Positions 1 to 12,700 of a stretch of DNA of 64,000 bases are shown here, one piece after another. This DNA is from Macrostomum hystrix (taxonomy: Eukaryota; Animalia; Platyhelminthes), in assembly GCA_950097015.1 (NCBI GenBank), contig CATNEN010000026.1, forward strand, positions 1,178,001-1,242,000, written 5' to 3'. How positions within the stretch are numbered: position 1 is the first letter of the stretch; each line of letters begins with the position of its first letter. The position numbers and the translations under genes are program-made. Under the pieces are notes generated by a model. It searched no databases, had not been told where the DNA came from, and was given only the letters and a program-made list of their open reading frames with translations.

Positions 1-2255
1 AGCGCCGCTGTGACGAGCTGTCGGACGAGCTGGCCGAACTGGCCGAACGTCGCGAATGCGAGTCTACTGAGGCGTCCGCCTCGGCCGAGTTGCGCATTCG
101 CGAGGCTCAGCTGCTCGGCGAACGGCGCGTTCAGCAGTTGGAGTCGGAGCGGGACGCTCTAGTTGCTAAGCAACGCCAGCAGCTTCAGTCGGTTATAGAC
201 GAGACGCGGCAGAGTCTTCAGGAGGCGGAGACGCGGCACAGTGAGCAGGTATTTTTCATCAAACTTATCAGTCTATAACAGTAGGTGGGAAACGAGGTTC
301 ACGAAGTGCGTCTGCACTGCTTTGATTAATATCATTCTTGCCACACACAGGTCGCGGAACTGCAGCGATCGCTGGCTCAGCTACGCGAAGACTTGGCCGG
401 AACAAGCGAAGCAGCCGCCGAAGCAGCAGCCGCAGCGACAAAAGAACGCCGTTCACTGGAGGCTCGACTTGAACGCTCGGAATCTGAGCGTGAGAGACTA
501 GAAACTGAGTATCAGCAGTGCCTAGCAGAGCACGAGTCTGAGTTAGGCGCACTGCGCTCAAAACACGAGGCCGCTCTTGCGTTCGCTCGACATGAGGCCC
601 GCCTCGAGGCCGAGCGAAGCGCCGAACTGCTGACTGATCAGCGCGACCAGCTGGCCGAACTGAGGCGCGCTCTATCGGCGTCCGAGTCAGCGCGCCTTCG
701 CGAAGCGCGCGAAGCCGAATCGCGACTCGAGTCGGAGCGCGCCGCCGAACGAGAACGCGCCGAAGCGCGCAGCGTTGAAGCAAATCGGCGCACGACAGAT
801 GAGTTGACGCGACGAGCCGAAGCAATCCGACGGCTCGAGGAGGCCCTTGCCGAGTCGGAGCGCCGAGTTGAACGGGCGAACGCGGAGGCGGCTCAGTCTG
901 CTGAGTCAGCTGCGGCGGAGATGCGTCGCCAATGCGAGCGTCAGCTGGGCGACCTGCGACGCCGGGCGGAAGCGGCTGACGCTGATTTGGAATCGGCTGG
1001 GCAGCTGCGCGAGCGTCAGGCGCAGGAGTTCAAGGCCCGCCTGGAAGCGGCACGTGCCGAGGCTGACGAGCGTCTTCGACAGTCGGAGGCCGATTCGAAG
1101 CGACGTGCAGCTGAGGCCCGGTCTGAGTGGGACCGGACGGCGCGACGAATGCGGGAGGAGGCTCAGGCAGCGGCCAACGCGGCAAAGGAGCGACTCGCAG
1201 CGGCTGAGGCTGCAGCAGCGAAGCGCTCGGAGGAGGCAGCCGAAGAGGCGGCTGGCCTTCGCCGGGAGGTGAAGCGGCTTAAAGCGGAGCTATTGTCCGA
1301 GCGTCAGGCCCGTCAGCAGCAGCTGCTGGAGCTGGGTCTGCTTAGGCAGGAAGAGACCGCCCGGCTGCAGCGACAGATGGAGCAGCAGGTGGGCAAATAG
1401 AAGCTTTAGCTTAGTTTGGTATTTACCAGTGTGCAATTCTATTCACACACGGTGTATAGAAGCCGCGGATGTAAAATGTTAAATATGCAGCTAAATACCG
1501 CTTGTTCAAAGACCAATAAAGCGTTGAGATAAAATTAAATGCTCAAAATTCGAAGTAACACTTACGGTCAAAGTAACATTTAAGGTCAAAGTAACATTTA
1601 AGGTCAAAAAAAATTCTTGACGAAAAACCCTTATACATTGTAGGCAGCTGATGCTCGCGTCGAAGCTGAAGCCGAGCGCGTCCGTCTGGCTCGCGAAGCC
1701 TCTGAGTCAGCGGAGCGCGCTCTGCGCGCCACAGACGCCCGTCTGGCCGAGCTGGAGGCCGATTGGCGTCGGCGAGTCGAACAGGCGGCTGCCGGACTGT
1801 CCGAAGCGCGCGCCGAGGCCGACGAATTGCGAGCCGAACGTCGCCGCCTACTTGCGGCGCTGGCCAGCGGCACCGAGGCGGCCGAGAACGCGCTGGCCGC
1901 TGAGCGGAGCCGCTGCGAGCAGCGCCGCCGTCGACTGGCCGAGAAACTCAGCATCAGGCTGGAGACGGAGCGTCAGGCGCGTCGCCTCGCTGAGGAACGG
2001 CTGGCCGAGGCGCAGCTGACCGCGGAACGAACGCTCCTGGAAGCAGAGGCCGGGTACCAGCGCCAGCTGCAGGGCCTCCTGCCGGCCGAGCTGCAGCAGC
2101 AGCTGGAGGCCACCATCGCCAGCCTGCGCCAGCAGGTGACGGCCCTGCGTCAGCGCTGTCGCCAACTGGCCGAGGCGGAAGCCTCTAGGCGCGGCAGGCC
2201 GACTGGCAGCGCGAACGAAAGTTTTGAACCGGTTGAGGCCGATTTGAATTCTTGA
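1..2255 (+). CDS. CEP112: 3' part of a long coiled-coil protein, CEP112-like (exons <1-248, 351-1388, 1644-2255)
   Basis: The exons splice in frame at GT-AG sites. The protein is Glu/Arg/Ala-rich and heptad-like. Its C-terminus YQRQLQGLLPAELQQQLEATIASLRQQVTALRQR resembles my recollection of the CEP112 C-terminus (LMPASLRQELEDTISSLKSQV). The symbol is from recall, not from a search. Confidence 0.6.
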
Positions 2256-2869
2256 GAAAAACCTGAGAATTTAAAGTTCTGCTGTTTTAGAGAGGTCAGG
2301 AGTTCGAATCTCAGTCCACTCCAAAATGCATATAAATGGCCGAATCAACGTTAAGTAGAACTGCTATTAATCTATTCTGTTGGGTTGCTAGCTGCCTCTG
2401 ATCAGTAGCTAGGATTGATCGATAGCTCTGCATTTTTCATTCACTCTGAAAGCCACTCCGTCCAGTTTCAATGCTTGGCCTTTTCATTTTAGCGCTCAAA
2501 TTGTTATTGTTTTTTTAAATAAAAGTAAGGAACCTCAGGCACATTTAGGTGGATATTTAAAAAAAGCTATGCACATTTTAATTGGTTTCAAACCAGTAAA
2601 CGCTTGTTGGTCTACTCATAGTAGCCTAGAAGACTATTCCGCGATTTTTTTCTTGCGTTGCGAATTATCAAAGCAAGCCAGTGCTACCCCAGCATGCGCG
2701 AGTATTCAAACTGTGCTTTTGATTTTTTTACGTTTTTCGTTTGTTAATAAAATTGTATAACAATATGCTTGACTGACTACTTACCAGGGCACTGGTTGCG
2801 CTGCAGTAAAATCACTGATTTCGAAACACATTTCCCATTCTTGTCTTTAAGAGCGTATCTTGAACTGGT

Positions 2870-3240
2870 ATCGCAGCTTGAATAACAACGGGAATCGTAG
2901 CTATAATCGTAACTAAAACTCTAGCTACAATTATGGTGGGAATCGCAGCGGGAATCGCAGCTGGAATCGCAGCTGGAATCGTAGCCATAGTCACAGCGGA
3001 AGTCGTAGGATTATTCGCTGCAGGAATCGAGGCTAGAATCGAAGCGGGAATCGAAGCTAGAACCGCAGCAGGAATCGAAGTTGGAATCGCAGCTGGAATC
3101 GAAGCTGGAATCGAAGCTAGAATCGCAGCTGGAATCGAAGCTAGAATCGCAGCAGGAATCGAATCTATAATTGCAGCAAGAATCGAAGCTAGAATCGCAG
3201 CTAGAAACACTGCGTGAGTCGAAGTTGGAATCGCAAATAT
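2870..3240. repeat. 12-bp minisatellite (GGAATCGCAGCT / AGAATCGAAGCT)
   Basis: Degenerate tandem units are directly visible and explain the IPAA / GIEA ORFs. Confidence 0.9.
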
Positions 3241-3770
3241 AATCATAGCTAGGTGCAATAATGTTTCAAGAATTTCAGCTTTTAGTTTTCATTGGCAGTT
3301 GCTAGGTCTCGTCTTCAGATATTGTAAGCGCCATCAAGGCCATCAGACTGCTGGCGCCACTGCCGGAAAGACGGAATGCGACCAGAAGTTTGGCAAACTG
3401 CAAGCGCTTGGGAAATCCCGTCGGATAGCGGATAGTTTGAGGATAGAAAGGGTGGGGGAGAAAGCAAGGGTGAGATGCTGTGAGCACACTTGCCTATGTG
3501 CTCACGTGTTTGCGCCGGCTTCCTCTGTAGCCATTTTATTGGTTTCCTTGACAGCAAGCGGAGTGGGGTGGCTGGCTGCTCAGCTGCCACATTCCGAAGC
3601 AGAATTTAATCCAAGCAGTTGAGAGAAGTCTTGCTTGCTATGGCAAAGAGAAGCTGAGCAGGCCTCTGAGCAGATTTGAGTGCTCATTCAAATTTAAATT
3701 TGACAGTCAATATTTTTGACAAGCTAGCTGTCGCAGCTAACTGAACTTGTTCGAGGCAGGCGTCGATGCG

Positions 3771-3784
3771 GTTACCATGGAAAC
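3771..3784. promoter_or_regulatory. RFX X-box-like palindrome GTTACCATGGAAAC
   Basis: Matches the X-box consensus GTNRCCATGGNAAC and overlaps the predicted EML start ATG at 3777. A weaker copy (CTTGCTATGGCAAAG) lies at ~3634. Confidence 0.6.
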
Positions 3785-6700
3785 GAAAGGCAATCATCTT
3801 CGTAGTCATCGGAGGCAGCGCGAAATCTGTCCGTTCGGCCTCACTAATGAGGGCTCCCCGCCACCGCTGACTGGGCCTCTGGGAGCTCACAATGGCTGCG
3901 CCGGTGAGTGAAGAGACTGAGAGCGTATGAGGGAGGGTGAGAGTGAATGAGGGAGTGTAAGAGTAAATGAAGTAGGGTGAGAGTGAATAAGGGAGGGTGA
4001 GAGTGAATGATGGAGTGTAAGAGTAAATGAAGTAGGGTGAGAGTGAATAAGGGAGGGTGAGAGTGAAGGATGGAGGTTGAGAGTGAATGATGGAGGGTGA
4101 GAGTGAAGGAGGCAGGGTGAGAGTAAATGAGGGAGGGTGAGAGTGAATGAGGAAGGGTGAGAGTGAATGAGGGAGGGTGAGAGTGAATGAGGGAGGGTGA
4201 GAGTGAATGAGGGAGGGTGAGAGTGAATGAGGGAGGTTGAGAGTGAATGAAGGAGGGTGAGAGTGAATGAGGGAGGTTGAGAGTGAATAAGGGAGGGTGA
4301 GAGTGAAGGATGGAGGTTGAGAGTGAATGATGGAGGGTGAGAGTGAAGGAGGCAGGGTGAGAGTAAATGAGGGAGGGTGAGAGTGAATGAGGAAGGGTGA
4401 GAGTGAATGAGGGAGGGTGAGAGTGAATGAGGGAGGGTGAGAGTGAATGAGGGAGGGTGAGAGTGAATGAGGGAGGGTGAGAGTGAATGAGGGAGGGTGA
4501 GAGTGAATGAGGGAGGGTGAGAATGAATGAGGGAGGGTGAAAGTGAATGAAGTAAGTTGCTGTTGCCTATATTTAACCAGAATTATTTTGAAGTTATGCA
4601 TGTTTGCATTGATTAGTCAGGTACTTTTCATAAGCTTCTAGATCTGAAGTCTTCAATTCGCTTTAGAAGTATTTGGTCATACAAAATACAAATTTGTAGG
4701 TCTCGGCTTGCCAATCAGAGTCGTATTCAGAAGGACGCCAAACTGGTCTTGTTACTCGTAATTCCCACCCGTAACTCTTGACCAACCCTCACGCAGTTCT
4801 GAGGAAATAATCTCAACGGCCATAGAAGCCTTTGTTAGTCCTGTGGGATTTCTGGGGATGGGGGGTCGGTTGGCAGAGCAGGGATAAAAATTGGTCCACT
4901 TCCCACCGACCCGGGACGGGAAGCGCGGTTTGGCGCCATTGTTGTTCAACTCTAAGGCAGAGCAATTCAAATTTTATGAGGAGGCAGACAGAGAACATTG
5001 ATGGAGAGCCGAGGAGGCTGGGTGAATGGCTTAGATTTTGGACTTGACGGTTGGTTGACTTCTTCATCTTCTCTTCTTAGTTTTCCAAAGGCTGCTTCGT
5101 TGGTGAAAATTCTGGCTTTAACTTTTTCATTCATTGAATAAAGAGGGTAAAAATATTTTTATTAGAGCGAAACCTGCTATCTGTGCAAGACCGAAGTTTT
5201 ACTATGTCAAAACTGCCTTTGGACCAAAGCAGCTATCCTCAGAGCAAATCCATTTGGTGCTTAAACAATTGAACACATGTATTTATGAAACGCTAAAATA
5301 GTTAAATACGTATTCCGACTGACAACCGACGGGGTTGATACTCGTATACTGATTGGATCATTCATTGCATCATCGATTGGATCATTGGTTGCATCATGGT
5401 TGCATCATTGGTTGCATCATGGTGGCATCATTGGTTGCATCATTGGTTGCATCATTGGTTGCATCATGGTTGCATCATTGGTTGCATCATTGGTTGCATC
5501 ATTGGTTGCATCATTGGTTGCATCATTGGTTGCATCATGGTTGCATCATTGGTTGCATCATTGGTTGCATCATTGGTTGCATCATTGGTTGCATCATTTG
5601 TTGCATGATTGTTGCATCATTGGTTGCATCATTGATTGCATCATTGGTTGCATCATGGTTGCATCATTGGTTGCATCATGGTGGCATCATTGGTTGCATC
5701 ATTGGTTGCATCATGGTTGCATCATTGGTTGCATCATGGTTGCATCATTGGTTGCATCATTGGTTGCATCATTGGTTGCATCATTGGTTGCATCATGGTT
5801 GCATCATTGGTTGCATCATTGGTTGCATCATTGGTTGCATCATGGTGGCATCATTGGTTGCATCATTGGTTGCATGATTGTTGCATCATTGGTTGCATCA
5901 TTGATTGCATCATTGGTTGCATGTTTGTTGCATCATTTGTTGCATCATTGATTGCATCATTGGTTGCATGATTGATTGCATCATTGGTTGCATCATTGGT
6001 TGCATGATTAATTGCATCATTGGTTGCATCATTGGTAGCATCATTTGTTGCATGATTGATTGCATCATTGGTTGCATCATTAGTTGCATCATTGGTTGCA
6101 TCATTGGTTGCATCATTGGTTGCATCATTGGTTGCATCATTGGTTGCATCATGGTTGCATCATTGGTTGCATCATTGGTTGCATCATTCGTTGCATCAAT
6201 CCTCAGAGCCAGCTGAAGGCGGTCACCACTCGGAGCCGCTGCAGCGCCAGCTCACCAGCAGCCTGGAGTCCGTCAGCCGGTTGAAGCTGCGTGCATTCGT
6301 TGCTGCTTTGATCGCCGCTGCCACCGCCGAGGGCGCCCTGCCAGCCAAGGAGCTCAGCAAGCTTGCTGCCGAGCATCAGATGCCGCTGTCGCAACGCCTA
6401 CTCGACCGTCTGGCGATAGCGTGCGTCGCTGAAACTGACGCTGAACAAGATAACGGCGGCGGCGGTTCTGACAGAGCGGCTGCGTCCGGATGGGTCGACA
6501 GCGACGCTGCGGCCCTCCGCCTGATGAGCGCCCACTCCCAGACCAGGCGAGAGAGCGTCCAACTTTCGAGCACTGCCACTCGGCATGAAGTCGAATCTGC
6601 TGCCACCGCTGGCGCCGTCTGGTCCTCGGAGCTGACGAGGCGAGTGGTGGAACAGCTGACGCTGCACCGGCGCTACGTCAACTTGGACGCCATCCGGAGG

Positions 6701-9700
6701 GACCTGCGCAAGCGGGACTCCAGCCGAAGCGGCCTTCTGCCTAAGCGGGCGGTAAGGATCAAAGCAACTGACTGAACTGTCCTGACTGAACTGTCCTGAC
6801 TGAACCGTCCTGACTGAACTGTCCTGACTGAACTGTCCTGACTGAACTGTCCTGACTGAACTGTCCTGACTGAACTGTCATGACTGAACTGTCCTGACTG
6901 AACTGTCCTGACTGAACTGTCCTGACTGAACTGTCCTGACTGAACTGTCCTGACTGAACTGTCCTGACTGAACCGTCCTGACTGAACTGTCCTGACTGAG
7001 CTGTCCTGACTGAACTGTCCTGACTGAACCGTCCTGACTGAACTGTCCTGACTGAGCTGTCCTGACTGAACTGTCCTGACTGAACTGTCCTGACTGAACT
7101 GTCCTGACTGAACCGTCCTGACTAAACTGTCCTGACTGAGCTGTCCTGACTGAACTGTCCTAACTGAACTGTCCTCAATGGGGGGATGAGTGGGCAGAGG
7201 GCTTAATGCGCTTGCCACTCGCACCAATGTCCCTGAGCTCGATTCTGTGGCGAGGCTGCCTTCACTTGTTACATAGCCGTGGAGAGAAGGCATGGGGGCT
7301 TGTTGTGCAATTTATGCTCTTGAGGGTCAACCTGTAATGCACAGTGATAGTGTACACTACCTGACAATGAGGGCAGATGTACACACCTGTGTGAGTATCT
7401 GTGTACACAGTATCTGTGTGCGTGTGTGCTCAGGAGTCAGCGAAACGTGCAAATTGCCTCCTCGCTGGCTGCTGGTCACCAAATAATGTGCCTTTGCCCG
7501 CAGCCCTCCTGCAGTATTATTATAATTATTATCGCTGTCCTGACTGTTTCGTTCACCACAATTCGCAGGTAGCCGATGTCTGCGCCAGGCACGACAATCC
7601 AGTCTACGGCTCAGTGCTGGCAGCTGTTCTGAGACGCTTCAAAGATAGCGCCTCAGGAACAGTGCGGTGAGAGCCACATTTGTTAATTGATTTCTTCATA
7701 GATATTTTGCCAGTGTAACATGGTGTTTGATGTAATTACTGTCTATCTATCTTGTCCCAGCTGGCAGAAGTTCGTCAAGTTCCTGCAGCAGTCCCAGCAG
7801 GCCTACTTTGACTCGCATCCGGAGGCGCCACGGCAGGAATCGGCGAGGACTGTCAACACCGCCGTCAATACCAGCCTGCAGTCACTGGGTGGCAACAGCT
7901 CGGTAACTGCCTCTTGCTACTATCAACCCTTCATGGGGTTGTAGACTAGTGGTTAGAGCGTCGGACTCACGACTTGAAGGTCGGGGGTTCGATTCCGACT
8001 ACACAGGAAAAAATTGTCACCATTAGCAAGACAATTACGCTCGTAACTCTGCATTGCTTCAGTTCACACAGCTCTAAAAAGGGTACGAGCATGAGCTGGG
8101 GCAATTGAGAGTGGGTGCGACGTCCCCCCAGTCCATGGACTGAACAGCTGTACACAGCTTTCTGATGCGCCGCGCAACAGCTGCGGGTGTACTGTCGGCT
8201 GCACATCTTGCCCAATCGGGGCAGGTGTAATCACTTATTATCATTACAAATAACAAATGAAAGGCAAGGGGCAGAAGAAGTTAAAAGCCAGTTTAACAAC
8301 TCCTAGACGCAAGCCCGTGAACTGATCCTTCGGATTCGCAGGCAGCCAGCAGCGCCACCTTGTCCACGGTGACCCTGGCTTCCACTGAGAGCGGCGAAGA
8401 GCTCTTTGAAGAAGAAGTGAACAATGCTCACAAAGCACCAGAACCACAAGCGAGCACGAAGCAGCAGCAGCAGCAGCAGCAGAAGCAGCCAAGAAGTGCT
8501 TCAATCACTGCTGTACACTCTACTCCAACTCATCCAGTAGTGTATCGTCATCCAGGAAGTCAATCTCAAAACCGGCTGTCAGTTCCACCTGTCGCCCCAG
8601 CTACCAAGCTCCTGTCACCTTCGCCAGTGTCCCAATCCACAGCAATAGGCATCAGGCAACTGAGTATCAGCTGTCGATTTGGTGATCGCAAAGTCACATG
8701 CCCGGACGATCTCGACTGGACTGACGAAGAGGCTGTAGCTGCGGAGGAACGAGAAGCACCTGATGCTCGACTGGAGCTCGACTGGGTGTAAGCCCGTGGG
8801 CTCTGATTGGCTAGGAAATGATTGCTTGTTCTCTCAAATCCGATTGGTTGCTGATAATGGACGGGTTGCTTGTTCTCTCAAATCCGATTGGTTGCTGATA
8901 ATGGACGGGTTGCTTGTTCTATCAAATCTGATTGGTTGCTGATAATTGATGGGTTGCTTGCTCTCTCAAATCCGATTGGTTGCTGATAATGGATGGGTTG
9001 CTTGTTCTCTCAAATCTGATTGGTTGCTGATAATGGATGGGTTGCTTGTTCTCTCAAATCTGATTGGTTGCTGATAATGGATGGGTTGCTTGTTCTCTCA
9101 AATCTGATTGGTTGCTTGTTCTCTCAAATCTGATTGGTTGCTGATAATGGATGGGTTGCTTGTTCTTTCAAATCCGATTGGTTGCTGATAATGGACGAGA
9201 TGCTGGTTCTCTAAGATTTGTGATTCTTCCAATGGGATGGACTGATGTTTTCCAATCTTTCTATTCTATTCCTTAGCTACGGTTACCGTGGCAACGACTG
9301 TCGACGAAATCTGGTGTCAGTGCCGGGCAGCGGGCAGCTGGCCTACCCCATCGGTTGGGTAGTTGTCCTGCTTCGCTGCATCGCTAACATGGTCGGCAAT
9401 AGACAGCGGCATTATCGAGAGCACAAGGCCGATGTCAAATGGTGTGAATTGAAATTTTTCAAGATCATTTGGACATTGACAAGTCATTCGTGATCTATTG
9501 ACAAGTCATTCATTCAACCAGGAACCTTTAACAACAAGTTTTGCGTGATGAAATATATTTATGAAGGCTTGGGGGCTTGTCACGCAATTTACGCCCTTGA
9601 GGGCCAACTTCTAAGGCGCTGTGAAAGTGTACACTGCCCGACGATGAGAAAGTCTGGGCAGATGTACACACCTGTGTGGGTGTGTGCTCATGTGTTCAGG

Positions 9701-12700
9701 AGTCAGCGGAATGGGCAGCTATCTAGCCAACTGATGTACTCGTACCTGATTACCTATCTTCCTTCGTGCATGCGACTCTTAACATGTTTATTTAATAATA
9801 TTACCTTAATACTGACCTTTATTCACGCCGCACAACCTCCTGCCACAGTGTCTGCGTGCACCCCGACGGACTGACGATGGCCAGCGGCGGCTGCGGCAAC
9901 GGCTTCCGAATTCGGGTATGGAATTCGGTCACTTTAGAAACTGCAGCCGAGCTAGATCAGCACTCATCAGTATCTCCAACAGTTGTCGGCCTCGCCTTTC
10001 TGAACTCCGAGGTGAGCTGCTGTTTTTACTGGGAAAATCAATGTCTAGTTTAGGGATTTTGGGAGAACTGGAGTTCGGAGAATCTGTGATTCAAATTACA
10101 GAATCACAGGTTTGGGAGAATCACAGGTTTGGGAGAATCACAGGTTTCGGAGAATCACAGGTTTGGGAGAATCACAGGTTTGGGAGAATCACAGGTTTGG
10201 GAGAATCACAGGTTTGGGAGAATCACAGGTGTGGGAGAATCACAGGTGTGGGAGAATCACAGGTTTGGGCGAATCATGGGTTTGGGAGAATCACAGGTTT
10301 GGGAGAATCACAGGTTTGGGAGAATCACAGGTTTGTGAGAATCACAGGTTTGTGAGAATCACAGGTTTGGGAGAATCACAGGTTTGGGAAAATCACAGGT
10401 GTGGGAGAATCACAGGTTTGGGCGAATCATGAGTTTGGGAGAATCACAGGTTTGGGCGAATCACAGGTTTGGGCGAATCATGGGTTTGGGAGAATCACAG
10501 GTTTGGGCGAATCATGGGTTTGGGAGAATCACGAGTTTTGAAGTCTGGAATAGATTGGTTTCATCGACTATTTCGATGCTTTCGTTAGACATTTTATTAC
10601 GAGCAATTTATTACGTAATATAGCTAATAAGACGATAAACGCTCCGATTTCAAAGAACAATTTCTGCTGTATTAGCTCGAACTTATCTGTTGAAGAGGTC
10701 TTGACGCGTAGTAAAATTTCATTCCTTATGTAGCCATAACACGCATGCTTTAAAGGGCGTTCGTTAATGAAAACTCGGAGAGCGCTGTCAGCACGCGAGA
10801 ATGTTTCAATAAAAGTCCCTGATTAATTAGGGTGCAGCCCCGTAGAGAAGGCTTGGGGGCTTGTCGTGCAATTTACGCCCTTGAGAGCCAACTTCCAAGG
10901 TACAGTGAAATTTTAACCTGTCTCACGATGAGAAAGTCAGGGCAGATGTATGCACGGGCGTGTGCCTGCATACGGTATCTGTGAGCGTGTGTGCTCAGGA
11001 GTCAGCGGAAATGGGGCAGAATTGCCTCCTGGCTGGCTGCGGGTCTAGTGTCACTAAATGCTGTGCCATTGCCTGCAATTATGATTTTTATTGAAGGGCG
11101 TGATCTCTTACGACCGTCGGACAGAAAAGGTCATGTTAAAATGGAAACATCGCGCCTTATTGGTTTAACATTCGCATCGTCTTTTCAGTGTCTGATATCA
11201 GTTGACGACTCCGCTCCGCAGCCGCAGCTGAAGCTCTGGCAGCTGAAATCCCGCTCCGCCCCGCTGGTCGTGGCTCGACCCGCTGCGGCTGTCGTCTGCG
11301 ACATCGCAGTGCGCCCCGGAGGCGGTGGGGAGTTTGTGACTGTTGGTAGGGGTCACATCGCCTGGTGGCGATACCAAAGAACTCAGGATGCCGACTATTC
11401 CGTCGCTGACAGCAGCCAAAGCCTCCAGCTGGTTCGAGAGAGCGGCTCAACAGCACTGTCGGCGAGGTACATCGTCAGCGCCGTCTACTGCTCTATCGGC
11501 CAAATTGTTACCGGTGACTCGAGCGGTGGTATTGCCGTCTGGAGCGATATCAACGATGACTGTAGGCTTCTACGAATTCAAACGCACGCTCATCAGGTGT
11601 GAATAACAATTCAAAAATAAAAAATTGAAGGAGGGCTGTTGGCACTGTCACATCATTTGGTGACACTAGACCCGCAGCCTACGAGGCGGCAGTTTTGCCC
11701 TTTCCGCTGACTGCTGAGCACACACGCACAACAGTCTGTAAATCTGCTCTGACTTTCTGATGGTCAGGCAGTGTACACTGAACTGTGTCTTGCAGGTTGG
11801 CCCTCAAGGGCGTAAGTTACACGACAAGTGCCCAAGCCTTCTCTCCCCGGCTTCACCCCAAATGAATGTGGTCTCGCCACGAGCTCAGTTGATCTTAGTT
11901 AACCACTCAGCCACTCCCCCTCCATCAGATGTGAAACTGTCAAACCATTTCTCTGATCTGCTCCAAGATTGCACTTAATCTCTTTTGAAAATGACCTTAA
12001 AATGCACACTTTCATGGTTCATCTAAGGGCCCTGTGTTCGCCTTGCTCGAACTTTCTCTCAACGATCATTGCTGGGTGCTCAGTGGCGGTCGCGATGGAC
12101 GTCTAGCTGCATGGCGCATACCCGACGACATTCCCGAGACTACGACGGCGGCAGCTTCCGAAGAGAGCGACCAGAAACTGAGAAAGTCGCCGGCTGCCAA
12201 AAGCTGCCAGGCTTTGCCCGACGAAGCTGCTGGCGGTGCCGGCATTCGCTGCATCTGCGCAGTATGGGTCGACGGTGCCGATCAAGGAGACAATGTCGAG
12301 GCTGGCCACCAGGACGAAGATGGCGGTGGCACTTCGCTCGCGCTGGGCACCACCGCAAACGCCATCTTCCTGTGCCGTCTGCCAGCTGCGGTGGCTGGCA
12401 AGGACTCGCTCGAAGAGGATCCTCTAGCCGGCGCCAAACTGCTGGCCGAGCCGCTGACGGCCGGTCACTACGATCGGCTCCGCTGCATGGCCGGCCTCCC
12501 CAGCCACCAGTCGGTGTTCGTCACAGCTGGCTACGACAGCCAGGTGCGAATGCACAGCGCTGAGACGCATCGGTGTCTGCACACAGCTGTACTGCAGGTG
12601 AGCTTCATGTACAACAGGCTTTTCGCTTCCACAATAACCATCTCTTACCTCGGAGATAAACTTTTAAACTACAATCTGGCAGAGGAAGTGCATCTCCAGT

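Noticed and set aside
5353-6216. Long ORFs of WLHH/GCII/VASL, and similar ORFs at 2812-3258, 3684-4601, 6673-7293, 46650-47240 and 60077-60747
   Set aside because: These are stop-free readings of simple tandem repeats in several frames, lying in introns or intergenic DNA.
7935-8010. tRNA-like sequences with A/B boxes as genuine tRNA genes
   Set aside because: No convincing cloverleaf or acceptor stem, and each continues into a shared SINE body.
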